Positions 8,908-19,054 of a DNA stretch of 64,000 bases are shown here, piece after piece; positions within the stretch are counted from its first letter, which is position 1; each line of letters starts with the position of its first letter. The DNA is from Nitrospirota bacterium (GTDB lineage: Bacteria; Nitrospirota; UBA9217). A program made the position numbers and the translations under genes. Under the pieces are notes generated by a model that had not been told where the DNA came from, did not search any database, and saw only the letters and a program-made list of their open reading frames with translations. The DNA lies in assembly GCA_035623825.1 (NCBI GenBank), contig DASPSR010000062.1:32001-96000 (forward strand), in the 5' to 3' direction.

Positions 8908-10071
8908 ATGTATGAACAAATGACAAACCTTCTCATTCAAATTTTCTCCCAGGCGCTGCACCTGGTCGCGAACAGGCTGGTCCCGCTTGTCGAGGCCGGC
9001 GCACCGGTAGAGGCGAGCGGAAATGTCCCCACGTCCACCGTGTATACGACGCTTATTGTGCTGGGCGCGCTGGGCATCGTTTTTGGCGTGGCTCTTGCCC
9101 TCGTCGCCGCGCGTTTCGTCGTAAAAATGGACCCGAAGGTTGAGCAGGTGCGCGAGGCGCTCCCCGGCGCAAACTGCGGTGCCTGCGGCTTCGCGGGCTG
9201 CATGGGATATGCCGAGGCAGTCGTTGGGAACCCGGACGTAGCGGTCAGTCTGTGCGCACCGGGCAAATCTGCCGTTGCGGAAAAGATTGCCGTGATCACC
9301 GGTAAGAGAGCGGAAAAAATGGAGCCGAAGATCGCCCGGGTTTTCTGCCAGGGCGGGACAAGTCTCAGCCAGAAGAAGTTCATTTACACGGGAGTCCAGG
9401 ACTGTACGGCTGCGGTACTCGCTGCCGGCGGCGACAAGTCCTGCGAGTACGGTTGTCTGGGGTATGCTACCTGCATGAGGGCTTGTCCTTTTGATGCGAT
9501 TACGATGAGCGCGGACAATCTGCCGATCATCAGTCCCGAGAAGTGCACGGCATGCGGAAAGTGCGTGGCCGCCTGTCCCAAGCAGGTCATCGAGCTTGCA
9601 CAGTCTTCCAAGGCCGTGGTGATCAGCTGCCACAGCAGGGACAAGGGTGTGGATACCAAAAAGAAGTGCCAGGTAGGCTGCATCGCCTGCGGCATATGCG
9701 TCAGGACCTGCCCGGTGGATGCCATAAGGATCGATAACAATCTCGCGAGGATCGACCACGCCAAGTGCATCGTCTGCGGGCTGTGTGTAAGGAAGTGCCC
9801 GACGAGCGCAATCTTCGATTACATACCCGAACGGACCAGGGCATACATCGATCCGGCGAAATGCGACGGCCTGGATGTGTGCGCGAAGGTCTGCCCCGTC
9901 AATGCGATCTCGGGCGACCTCCGAAAAGTGCATGTCGTCAACCAGCAGAAGTGCATCGGGTGCGGGATGTGCGCGCCCCGGTGCCCCAAGAAGGCCATTA
10001 CGATGGTGGAAGCTCCACCTGCGTTTGCGGCCGAGGAGAAGACAAAGGCTGAGGAGCCCGTCGCCGTCTAA
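8908..10071 (+). CDS. rnfB: Rnf complex subunit B, polyferredoxin type
   Basis: LPGANCGACGFAGC plus six further ferredoxin-type motifs; exact start uncertain. Confidence 0.92.
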   Translation: MYEQMTNLLIQIFSQALHLVANRLVPLVEAGAPVEASGNVPTSTVYTTLIVLGALGIVFGVALALVAARFVVKMDPKVEQVREALPGANCGACGFAGCMGYAEAVVGNPDVAVSLCAPGKSAVAEKIAVITGKRAEKMEPKIARVFCQGGTSLSQKKFIYTGVQDCTAAVLAAGGDKSCEYGCLGYATCMRACPFDAITMSADNLPIISPEKCTACGKCVAACPKQVIELAQSSKAVVISCHSRDKGVDTKKKCQVGCIACGICVRTCPVDAIRIDNNLARIDHAKCIVCGLCVRKCPTSAIFDYIPERTRAYIDPAKCDGLDVCAKVCPVNAISGDLRKVHVVNQQKCIGCGMCAPRCPKKAITMVEAPPAFAAEEKTKAEEPVAV

Positions 10072-10100
10072 CGCGACCACGAACAATCATTTTCTGAGAG

Positions 10101-10131
10101 AAGGGGATGCGAAAAAACGCTTCCCCTTTTT
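10101..10131 (+). terminator. Intrinsic terminator after rnfB
   Basis: aaggggatgcg-aaaaaa-cgcttccccttttt. Confidence 0.6.
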
Positions 10132-10239
10132 ACTTTCCGAATGCACGAAATGCGTGCTCCCATTTTTTGCTTGACAAAATTCCGTGCTTAGGCTAAAAAC
10201 AAATTCGTCCTTGCTCGGTCATAATTGCGGAGGTGGCTC

Positions 10240-10629
10240 ATGAACCCTGATGATATAAAATACCATCGAGAACATGCCTGGGTGCGGGTCGAGGGAAAGC
10301 GTGCGACAATCGGGATCACCGACTACGCGCAGCAGCAGATGGGCGATATCGTTTATGTCGACCTGCCCGAGGCTGATACAGAGATCGATGCCGACTCCGA
10401 GCTCTCCGAAATAGAGTCCACGAAGGCGACCTCGCCGGTCGTCAGCCCCGTTTCGGGTACGGTGGTGGAAGTGAACGAGGACCTGGCCGATTCTCCTGAG
10501 ATCATAAATGAAGACCCGTACGGAAATGGATGGCTTGTGGTGCTCGAAATGAACGATTCCTCCGAATTAAACGACCTTATGAGCAAGGCAGAATACGAAA
10601 AGTTTTTGAAAGAAGAAGAGGGGAAATAG
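10240..10629 (+). CDS. gcvH: Glycine cleavage system H (lipoyl carrier) protein
   Basis: EHAWV, IGITDYAQ, lipoyl site IESTKA, INEDPYGNGWL. Confidence 0.94.
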   Translation: MNPDDIKYHREHAWVRVEGKRATIGITDYAQQQMGDIVYVDLPEADTEIDADSELSEIESTKATSPVVSPVSGTVVEVNEDLADSPEIINEDPYGNGWLVVLEMNDSSELNDLMSKAEYEKFLKEEEGK

Positions 10630-10674
10630 GGAACGGTCCCGGAAACGATGGGATCAGCAGCATGAGAACTTGTT

Positions 10675-10707
10675 AAAGGGGGAGAGTATATACTCTCCCT
10701 TTTTTTT
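10675..10707 (+). terminator. Intrinsic terminator between gcvH and lpdA
   Basis: gggagagtat-atactctccc followed by T8. Confidence 0.65.
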
Positions 10708-10729
10708 CACAAGAAACGAGGAGTTCGAT

Positions 10730-12142
10730 ATGTCTGTCAAACTGACGATCATAGGTGCTGGTCCCGGCGGTTATGTGGCGGCGATCAGTGCAGCACAGAA
10801 GGGCGCACAAGTGACGGTGATCGAGGATGCGGAGGTCGGAGGCGTCTGCCTGAACTGGGGCTGTATACCCACAAAGACGCTTATCGCTTCAGCTTCAGCT
10901 CTTGAGCTCGTACGAAATGCCGCTGAATTCGGCGTTCTGCTGTCCGGTGAGGTCGGTTACAGCCTGGCAAAGATACGAGAACGAAAGGACAAGGTCGTTG
11001 GAACCCAGGTAAGAGGGGTCAAGGGGCTGTTCAAGAGCTGGGGAGTTGCCCTGATAGAGGGCCGGGGTTCATTACTGTCACCTGACGTGGTACGGGTCGT
11101 CCAAAAGGACGGCACCACCATGGACGTTAAATCGGACAAAATCATCATTGCCACGGGATCAAGGCCCGCGGCGATGCCGGGCTTGCCATTTGACGGGGAA
11201 AGCGTCATCACGAGTGACGACGCTGTTCGACTCGCCAGTATTCCCGGGAGCCTCCTTATCGTCGGCGCGGGCGTGATCGGCTCGGAATTCGCCTTCATCT
11301 ACCGGTCATTCGGGGCGGATGTCACGATGGTCGAGATGCTGCCGCATGCCGTGTCCACGGAGGACGAAGAGATATCCGAGATACTCGAGAGGGAATTGAA
11401 AAAGGCGAGGATCAAGCTCATCACAAGCGTCAAAGTCGAGAATGTGGAAAAAGGCGGCGATGGGATGATGGTTGCGAAGCTCTCGAACGGCCAGGAAGTC
11501 AAAACGGAGCGGATCCTCGTGTGCATCGGCCGCAGCATGAATTCCGAGGATATCGGGCTGGAAGCTGTCGGCGTGAACACGGGGAAGCGCGGGAATATCA
11601 TCGTGAACGAAAGGATGGAGACGAACGTTCCCGGCGTCTACGCTGTCGGCGATGTGACCGGGAACATCCTGCTCGCCCATGTGGCATCACGCCAGGGGCT
11701 GGTCGCCGCGCAGAATTCGTTGGGCGGGAGCGTTCGCATGGATTATTCCACCGTCCCGTCAGGTATCTTCACGGTGCCTGAGATCGGGAGCGTCGGCCTC
11801 CGTGAAAAACAGGCGGTTGAGAAGGGCATCAAGTACCGGGTAGGCAGGTTCCAGTTCCGGGGCCTCGGCAAAGCACATACCACGGGGGAGCTCGCCGGCA
11901 TGGTAAAGGTGATCGCGGAGGAGGAGACCGACAAGGTGCTCGGCGTTCATATCTGCGGAGCTCATGCGACCGAACTCATCCATGAGGGTGTGCTGGCAAT
12001 GACGATGGGAGCTACGGCAAAAGACCTCGGGCAGATGATCCATGCCCATCCCACGCTGTCAGAAGCGATAATGGAGGCAGCGGAGGACGTTCATGGGATG
12101 TCTGTTCATCAGCCAAAAAAAAGCAAAGAACGATCATCTTGA
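10730..12142 (+). CDS. lpdA: Dihydrolipoamide dehydrogenase
   Basis: GAGPGGY, GGVCLNWGCIPTK, HAHPTLSE. Confidence 0.96.
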   Translation: MSVKLTIIGAGPGGYVAAISAAQKGAQVTVIEDAEVGGVCLNWGCIPTKTLIASASALELVRNAAEFGVLLSGEVGYSLAKIRERKDKVVGTQVRGVKGLFKSWGVALIEGRGSLLSPDVVRVVQKDGTTMDVKSDKIIIATGSRPAAMPGLPFDGESVITSDDAVRLASIPGSLLIVGAGVIGSEFAFIYRSFGADVTMVEMLPHAVSTEDEEISEILERELKKARIKLITSVKVENVEKGGDGMMVAKLSNGQEVKTERILVCIGRSMNSEDIGLEAVGVNTGKRGNIIVNERMETNVPGVYAVGDVTGNILLAHVASRQGLVAAQNSLGGSVRMDYSTVPSGIFTVPEIGSVGLREKQAVEKGIKYRVGRFQFRGLGKAHTTGELAGMVKVIAEEETDKVLGVHICGAHATELIHEGVLAMTMGATAKDLGQMIHAHPTLSEAIMEAAEDVHGMSVHQPKKSKERSS

Positions 12143-12303
12143 TCATGGAGACCAAGGGACGGCCGGGGAAAGAATCGCGCTGCTTCTCGATGAATCAGAT
12201 GATTAACGTTTCTTTACGGAGGGGAAACCATTTCTCCGAAGACCTCCCGCGTGACATTTTACTGTTGCAATTCTGATCCCTCTCTGGATATAATTACGCG
12301 CAC

Positions 12304-12804
12304 ATGAACAAAAGACTAGTTGCATATTGCCTGTTGTTTGCAATCGGCATTTCGATCTATTCCAACGAATGCGCGGCCGGTACTTCCGGAAAGCCGCTCC
12401 CCCCGCTACGGATCAGAATAGCGCCCGTCCAGCAGGACATCATTCAGGCTCAGATAAAGCCGGGAGACATCATTGATTTCAATGTATCAGCCACGTCCTC
12501 CATCGACGTTCGGCAGATGCGCATTGAAGTGGAGCTTACCGGAGGAGCAAAGCTCGTTTCAGGCGATACGTCATGGAGCGGGCCAGCCGGAAAGAACGAA
12601 GAGAAGACCATTGTCCTGACCGTCCGCGCTCCTAAGAGCGGGCTAGGAAGGATCAAAGCCCGGGCGATCATATCCCCTTCAGATGGCACACGATTCTCTG
12701 CTGCAGCGCACTATGGCCTGGGCAAGGAAGTCAAATCGAAACCGGAGCAGGAACATCCCGTGAAGAAAGACAGCAAGGGCCGGGATATCATAGAGTATCG
12801 ATAG
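12304..12804 (+). CDS. Exported hypothetical protein (Ig-like beta fold likely)
   Basis: Signal-peptide-like N-terminus; TTGCAA-N18-TATAAT just upstream; 10 bp before the next gene. Confidence 0.7.
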   Translation: MNKRLVAYCLLFAIGISIYSNECAAGTSGKPLPPLRIRIAPVQQDIIQAQIKPGDIIDFNVSATSSIDVRQMRIEVELTGGAKLVSGDTSWSGPAGKNEEKTIVLTVRAPKSGLGRIKARAIISPSDGTRFSAAAHYGLGKEVKSKPEQEHPVKKDSKGRDIIEYR

Positions 12805-12814
12805 CGTACGCCAA

Positions 12815-14755
12815 ATGACGCAAAAAAAGAACCTTCACACGTTCGTTCTCTTCAGTCTCCTCCTAACGGCATCGATTCTTTTCAGTTGCAGCGGCGGCAG
12901 CAGCGAGTCTCCGCCGCCGGTCATCCCCCTTGCGCCGATGGCTGTCAGCGCGGTTGCGGGTGATGCGGCCGTGACCTTAGGCTGGAGCGCCGCCGGTTCT
13001 GCCACCGCATACAATGTTTACAGGTCGGTTGCCCCGGGAGGCTCGAGGACGAAAATAGCATCAGGCGTATCTTCAACGTCGTATCGCGATACGGGCCTTA
13101 ACAACGGAACGCCGTACTACTATGTCGTGACAGCGGTGAGCGCAGCAGGAGAAAGCGCCCTTTCGATCGAGGTTTCAGCGACGCCGGACGCGGTGTCCAA
13201 CCCCATCACGATCAGCGGGAAGGTGCAATATCAGGACAAAGAATACGGCTTGAACGGGTTTACAGGCAATCAGCCCCTCAAGGGGGTGCGATATGCCAGC
13301 ATAGAGATCGTGGATGCGCTCGGCTCCACGGTAACCGCGACAACGCAGACAGACGCAAACGGTTTATACAGTATTTCGACGACTACGACGTCAACGAGCG
13401 TGTACGTCAGGGTCAAGGCGGAAGCGACCCTGTCCGGCAGCACTCCTCAGATAGCTGTCAAGAGCCTTTCCGGATCCATTTACGCTGTCGGAAGCGACGA
13501 TTTCATCCCTCTGGGCCCGGCGAATGTAAATATGTCCGTTCCGACGGCATCTATCGGCGGCGCATTTAATATACTGGATGTCTTTACGAATGGATTCCAG
13601 TTCGTGTATAGCCTGGCGAAATCCTATCCACCCCCCCTGTCCGGATTCTGGCAGCCGGGAAACACAAACGGAACTTATTATTGCCCGGCTTGCCCGCAAG
13701 GAGAGGGGATTTTCATATTGAACGACACGTCAACGGGAGACACGGATGAGTATGACGATGACGTGCTCTACCACGAGTTCGGCCACTTCATGGCGGCCCA
13801 TTTTTCTCAAGATGATTCTCCAGGGGGGTCGCACGACATCACGGATAACGACCTTGATATGCGACTTGCCTGGAGCGAGGGATGGGGCGATTCAATGCCG
13901 GGAAACATAAAGATGTGGCTCAACGCCAACGCACCACAGCTCTTGTCCTCTGCGGCGAACGTCCCTCTCACCGTATACGTTGATACCGTCGGAAACAACG
14001 CCGGAGTCGCGATCGACATGGATAGTCCCGATGGAACGTATGGGGGCTCTTATTATTATGCATGTGGTGAGGTGGCCATTGCGAAGATACTGCTGGATAT
14101 AAATAAAACTTTCGGGATGCAGGATGTATGGGCTGTCATTACGAATTTTCAAGCAAATCATCCCACGCCAGCAAACCTTGAATTGTTCTGGGACCAGTGG
14201 CACTCATTACTTGTTACATCTGCATTGTCAATAGACTCAATTTTCCTAGATAGGCTCGTGCAATATACGCTAGATAATTATGAGCCTGACAATACTTGGC
14301 AATCCGCAAGCGTGTATGCTTTCGGCCAACCGCAAGAGCACACTTTGTACACGTCGCCCGGCGCTAGTGACATTGATTATATCGCCTTTAATGGGCAGAA
14401 GGGTAATCAGTATACAATCACAACAACCAACCTGCTGAACGGCGCGGATACCGTTATCACTTTGCTGAATTCCGATGGAACAACGACGACGTCTGGAACT
14501 ACGCCCCCAAATCCAAATGACAACGCGAACGGAACTATCTATGCAGGCACGACCGTCCCAAGTTCAGTCTATCGCGGGACGCTGTGCGACGCCTACGGGA
14601 TATGTCACGACAACGGGTTTGACATCCTCGGTTCAAGGCTGACATTTACGGCCGCATCAACCGGCACTTACTACGTAAGAGTCCAGTCATCGTCCGCAAG
14701 GCCTGTATCGGCGGGCAGGTACGGAACCTACACTCTCACAATAACCACCCCGTAG
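12815..14755 (+). CDS. Secreted lipoprotein zinc metallopeptidase with FN3 and C-terminal PPC-like domain
   Basis: Lipobox LFSC; FN3 (VTLGWSA..YNVYR..YYYVVTAV); HEFGH and WSEGW zinc motifs; DNYEPDN/DIDY/GTYYVRV C-terminal domain. Confidence 0.8.
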   Translation: MTQKKNLHTFVLFSLLLTASILFSCSGGSSESPPPVIPLAPMAVSAVAGDAAVTLGWSAAGSATAYNVYRSVAPGGSRTKIASGVSSTSYRDTGLNNGTPYYYVVTAVSAAGESALSIEVSATPDAVSNPITISGKVQYQDKEYGLNGFTGNQPLKGVRYASIEIVDALGSTVTATTQTDANGLYSISTTTTSTSVYVRVKAEATLSGSTPQIAVKSLSGSIYAVGSDDFIPLGPANVNMSVPTASIGGAFNILDVFTNGFQFVYSLAKSYPPPLSGFWQPGNTNGTYYCPACPQGEGIFILNDTSTGDTDEYDDDVLYHEFGHFMAAHFSQDDSPGGSHDITDNDLDMRLAWSEGWGDSMPGNIKMWLNANAPQLLSSAANVPLTVYVDTVGNNAGVAIDMDSPDGTYGGSYYYACGEVAIAKILLDINKTFGMQDVWAVITNFQANHPTPANLELFWDQWHSLLVTSALSIDSIFLDRLVQYTLDNYEPDNTWQSASVYAFGQPQEHTLYTSPGASDIDYIAFNGQKGNQYTITTTNLLNGADTVITLLNSDGTTTTSGTTPPNPNDNANGTIYAGTTVPSSVYRGTLCDAYGICHDNGFDILGSRLTFTAASTGTYYVRVQSSSARPVSAGRYGTYTLTITTP

Positions 14756-14988
14756 TCATGAGTTTAAGTCAAGCCCATTACTCTTCCTGCTAAGCTCTTT
14801 CAGTCATCAGCATTTATGATAGTGATTTGCTATCAAGGAGGGCGCGATCTGTTAATGGAATGTTCATGGAGCCTGTAAGCTTACTGTCTCGGGGATGTGC
14901 CTACGCTGTCCTCTTGGCGGCATGCTCGGGGATCTGCGGAAAACATCTTTGTGACATGATATCAGGCGGATCCTGTGCTTCTCTCCTT

Positions 14989-15762
14989 TTATTTGCTCTT
15001 TGCCTCCTGCCACAGCTTTTCCATCTCATCGAGCGTCATTTCGCTCAAAGGCTTGCCCAGGTCGGCGGCATTCTCTTCGATGTACCTGAAGCGGCGGATG
15101 AACTTGCTGATGGTTTTCCGGAGGGCATCCTCGGGATTTATGCCGAGAAAGCGCGAGATGTTGACGAGCATGAAGAAGACGTCCCCAAGCTCTTCCTCGA
15201 TGCTTGAGGCGTCTTGCTTTTTGAGCGACTCCTTGAACTCCGCAATCTCTTCATCGAGCTTGGGCAGGGCCTCATCGATCCTGCTCCAGTCGAACCCCAC
15301 GCGCGCTGCCCGTTCCTGAAGGCTGTGGGCACGAAGGAGCGAGGGGAGGTGCCGGGGCACGCCCTCGAGGATGGATTTTCGCTGCTCGTATCCTTTTTCT
15401 CCCTTTTTGATCTCTTCCCAATTGGCGATTACTTCCTTGTCCGTCGAGACCCGTACGTCCCCGAACACGTGCGGATGGCGCCGGATCATCTTTTCCAGAT
15501 TGGCATCGATCACATCCCTGATCGTGAACTGCCCGTTTTCTTCCGCGATCCTGGCGTGAAATACGATCTGGAACAAGAGGTCCCCAAGCTCTTCCTTCAC
15601 CTTTTGCGGGTCGCCTTCGTCAAGGGCGTCAATCACCTCGTAGCATTCCTCTATCAGGAAGGGCTTGAGCGACTCCGGGGTCTGCTTGTGGTCCCAGGGG
15701 CATCCATCGGGCCCGCGCAACCGTGCCATGAGCTCAACGAGTTTTGTAAAATTGTCGGCCAC
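14989..15762 (-). CDS. mazG: Nucleoside triphosphate pyrophosphohydrolase MazG
   Basis: GCPWD, EECYE, EELGDLL, RRHPHVF, second EELGD domain. Confidence 0.96.
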   Translation of the reverse strand: MADNFTKLVELMARLRGPDGCPWDHKQTPESLKPFLIEECYEVIDALDEGDPQKVKEELGDLLFQIVFHARIAEENGQFTIRDVIDANLEKMIRRHPHVFGDVRVSTDKEVIANWEEIKKGEKGYEQRKSILEGVPRHLPSLLRAHSLQERAARVGFDWSRIDEALPKLDEEIAEFKESLKKQDASSIEEELGDVFFMLVNISRFLGINPEDALRKTISKFIRRFRYIEENAADLGKPLSEMTLDEMEKLWQEAKSK

Positions 15763-15919
15763 CGCCGTCCTCCTACATTATTCCCCTCTGGTTACCTTAC
15801 AGAAAGAACACCCTGTTTGCAAGCTTTTTTCTTGAAAGGCATGTATTGTTGTGGTAATTTAATAATATAACTTATTGAACAATAAGCCCTTAACCCGTTG
15901 CTTCTGAAAGGAGTCCATC

Positions 15920-16339
15920 ATGCACAAGAGACTGGCATCCATCGCTTTCATGGCATCAGTATTTATATTCCTCAGTGCCATGGGAGGCAAAGGCGGGGGG
16001 TTCGAGAAAGCACCTCGGGTTGATAAAAATTTCATGGTTGTGGTGATGGATGTTACCGGCAACAAGATTGAAGGCGAAAAGTTCAGCTGGGAAGGGAGGA
16101 TCCACTTCGCAGGATACATGGGCATGGCACAGGTCAACTTGCCGTTCGAACGGGTGAAAGAGCTGACGGTTGGAGAAAAAAAGGACCGGAGGGTGAGGGT
16201 CACCGCGCACCTGAGGGACGGGGGCGAAGCTGTTTTTGATGTCGACTCCGATGCCCGCGTGTTCGGCGAGTCCAGTTTTGGAAGCTTCATGCTCACGATG
16301 GACGAGATAAAATCCATCAGTTTCAAAGGCGTCAAATAA
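15920..16339 (+). CDS. Exported hypothetical protein
   Basis: aaggag RBS; signal peptide; internal twofold repeat-like beta pattern. Confidence 0.7.
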   Translation: MHKRLASIAFMASVFIFLSAMGGKGGGFEKAPRVDKNFMVVVMDVTGNKIEGEKFSWEGRIHFAGYMGMAQVNLPFERVKELTVGEKKDRRVRVTAHLRDGGEAVFDVDSDARVFGESSFGSFMLTMDEIKSISFKGVK

Positions 16340-16445
16340 GTGAACCGCAAAGACAACGGGATGCAGCGACCGCGGGATATATGAGGGCCTCTTTTCTGCG
16401 TCTCTGTGTCTCCATGGTTTGCCATTACCCGTTGGTCTTCTTATC

Positions 16446-19043
16446 GTGAACATCTTGGATCATACACTGACCTCCAGACATTCCTGCACCATCAAAGCGC
16501 TGCTCGACGAAGAAGACGCTCGTATCCGGGAAAGACACTTTGCCGGCGCAGGCGGCAATGAGGTAGTGCAACTGCGTACGAGCCTCATCGACCGCACGCT
16601 TCGCGAGGCATATTCCCGCCTGGCGGCCGAGTCCCCCATGCCAGCGCTCCTCGCCATCGGGGGCTATGGAAGGGGTGAACTGAACCCGCATTCGGATATC
16701 GACATCATGTTCCTCTGCCGCGATGAGAAGGACAGAAAGCGTTCGCCCGAGCTGCTCTATCAGCTCTGGGACGCAGGCCTGGACATCGGTTACAGCGTGC
16801 GGAGTATCGATGAATGCGTATCGCTGGCGCGCCGGGATACCAAGATACGAACGTCCCTGATCGAATCCCGCCTCATCGCGGGGGACCACTCCCTCTACGC
16901 ATCGTTCCTCAGGTCCATGCACAGCGAGGTCTTTTACTGGAAGGCCGCCGCTTTTATCACTGAAAAAATAGCGGAAAGGAACGCGACGCGCCGGAAGTAC
17001 GGGGGCTCTGTTTATCTGCGGGAGCCGAACATAAAGGAGGGGGCAGGGGGGCTCAGGGATTTTCACACGTCACTGTGGATCTCCTTCGTGCACTTCCGCG
17101 TTGCTTCACTCGCCGATCTTGTTTCTGCCGGTGTTATTACTGAAGGGCAGTACGCGGTTTTTTTACGGTCCCGCAATTTCCTCTGGCGCGTGAGAAACGA
17201 GATCCATTACCTCTCCGGCCGCAAGAACGACCATCTTACCTTCGACCTGCAGGAACGGGTGGCAAAAGACTTCCGCTATCGCGATTCGGCGCATCTCCTC
17301 GCCGTTGAGCGGTTCATGAAGACGTATTTTCTTTTTGCGAGAAATGTCCTCGATTTTTCGAATATCGTGTCCGATGCCGTGCTTCGAAAGCCCGCGCGGC
17401 GGTGGTACACGCGGACCCTGAAGCTCGGTTCATTCTCTCTCATCGGCAGGACCCTCGTTCCCGCCGCGGAAGGGGTCTGCCGCGAAGATCCTGCACAGAT
17501 CATGGCGGCATTCGCGATCGCGCAATCGCGCCATGCCGCGTTCTCGGACAAGCTCAAAGCCCTGGTTCGAGGATGCAGGATGGGCGACGAAGTGAGAACG
17601 TCGCCGGCTGCGGCATCGGCGTTCATCTCCGTGTTGGACAATCCCGACAACCTTTTCGAGACCCTCACGCTCATGAAGGACCTGGGCACTCTCGGGAGGT
17701 ATTTGCCGGAGTTCCGCTCCATTCAAGCGCTTGCCAAGCACGATTACTATCATATGTACACCGTGGACGAGCACAGCCTGATCGCGATCCGCAACCTCCA
17801 GAGCCTGTGGGCTGGCCTCTTTCCCGGACTGGCCACGCTGTTCGATGCGTTCAAAGCACTGAAAAAGCGCTGGGTCCTGATCCTCGCCGTTCTGCTTCAC
17901 GATTTGGGAAAGGCGTACCGATCCGGGCATGAGTACAAAGGTGTAGGGCTTGCGGAGGCGATACTTGTACGGCTCGGTATAGCCGATGAAGACCGGGAAC
18001 GGGTGCTCTTCTTGATCAGGAATCATCTGCTCATGTCGAGCATTTCCCAGCGCCGCGAACTTACCGATCAGAAGGTGATTGCCGATTTTTCCCGGCGTGT
18101 ACGCGACCGGGAGACCCTTGCCATGCTATACCTGCTCACCTATGCCGATATATCGGCAGTGAATCCCACGGCGTGGACACAGTGGAAGGCGGCGCTTCTC
18201 CAAGATCTCTACATTCGGACGCTCAATTATCTTGACCGGAGCGTCCAGATCGTCGAAGAGGAGCATGCAAGGCTGATCGCAGCATCCGTCAAGATCAAAA
18301 AGAATGCCGCGGGCCGGTTCTCCGACATGGACATCGACACCTTCCTTGTCGCCATGCCCGAGCAGTACATTCTCCAGACCCCGGTCCACAAGGTGATCGA
18401 GCACATGAAGATGATGCATCGTCTTCCTGACGAGAAGCTTGTGATCCAATATCGTCATAATACGGAGAGAGGGTACACGGAACTCACGGTCTGCGCATAC
18501 GACGCCTACGGAATGTTCTACCGGACAGCCGGCACAATCGCTTCCAAAAACCTCAACATACTTCGTGCACAAGTCTATACCTCGAAAAGCGGCGTGATGA
18601 TCGACATGTTCCAGATAACCGATCCCGAGGGGAAGCTCTATCCCTATGACGACGCATGGGAAAGCGTACGGTCGGAACTTCGCACCGCGCTCACGAGCGC
18701 GTATAAACCGCCGGAGCCCCGCTCCTCGTACGTTTCCTCTCGTCCCTTGCCCGGGGCCATTACGCCGACCGTAGATTATGACAACGACACGTCGAATTCC
18801 TTCACTATTATCGATATCAGCGCGCGGGACCGGGTCGGTATTCTGTACCAGATAACCAAAACACTCTATGATCTCAATCTCGACATCGGTTCGGCAAAGA
18901 TCGTGACCGAGGGTGCAAGAGCCATGGATTCGTTCTATGTTACGGATTTGCTGCGCAAGAAGATCACTGACGGGGTTAGGCTCGAACGGATCAAAGATGC
19001 GCTGCTCAAGGTGCTGGAGACAAACGCGGACAGTCAGCATTAG
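16446..19043 (+). CDS. glnD: Bifunctional uridylyltransferase/uridylyl-removing enzyme
   Basis: GGYGRGEL.PHSDID, EPNIKEGAGGLRD, HMYTVDEH, LLHDLGK, two ACT domains; start (GTG 16446) uncertain. Confidence 0.95.
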   Translation: MNILDHTLTSRHSCTIKALLDEEDARIRERHFAGAGGNEVVQLRTSLIDRTLREAYSRLAAESPMPALLAIGGYGRGELNPHSDIDIMFLCRDEKDRKRSPELLYQLWDAGLDIGYSVRSIDECVSLARRDTKIRTSLIESRLIAGDHSLYASFLRSMHSEVFYWKAAAFITEKIAERNATRRKYGGSVYLREPNIKEGAGGLRDFHTSLWISFVHFRVASLADLVSAGVITEGQYAVFLRSRNFLWRVRNEIHYLSGRKNDHLTFDLQERVAKDFRYRDSAHLLAVERFMKTYFLFARNVLDFSNIVSDAVLRKPARRWYTRTLKLGSFSLIGRTLVPAAEGVCREDPAQIMAAFAIAQSRHAAFSDKLKALVRGCRMGDEVRTSPAAASAFISVLDNPDNLFETLTLMKDLGTLGRYLPEFRSIQALAKHDYYHMYTVDEHSLIAIRNLQSLWAGLFPGLATLFDAFKALKKRWVLILAVLLHDLGKAYRSGHEYKGVGLAEAILVRLGIADEDRERVLFLIRNHLLMSSISQRRELTDQKVIADFSRRVRDRETLAMLYLLTYADISAVNPTAWTQWKAALLQDLYIRTLNYLDRSVQIVEEEHARLIAASVKIKKNAAGRFSDMDIDTFLVAMPEQYILQTPVHKVIEHMKMMHRLPDEKLVIQYRHNTERGYTELTVCAYDAYGMFYRTAGTIASKNLNILRAQVYTSKSGVMIDMFQITDPEGKLYPYDDAWESVRSELRTALTSAYKPPEPRSSYVSSRPLPGAITPTVDYDNDTSNSFTIIDISARDRVGILYQITKTLYDLNLDIGSAKIVTEGARAMDSFYVTDLLRKKITDGVRLERIKDALLKVLETNADSQH

Positions 19044-19054
19044 GATCTTTTTTC

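Noticed and set aside
8857-10086. Long antisense ORFs (409 aa here; similar ones over rnfC, glnD, polA, pilB, ubiD, hemC)
   Set aside because: Shadow ORFs opposite well-supported genes in GC-rich DNA, with no motifs
14989-15762. MazG as a defence-system component
   Set aside because: Standard two-domain housekeeping MazG in a core context
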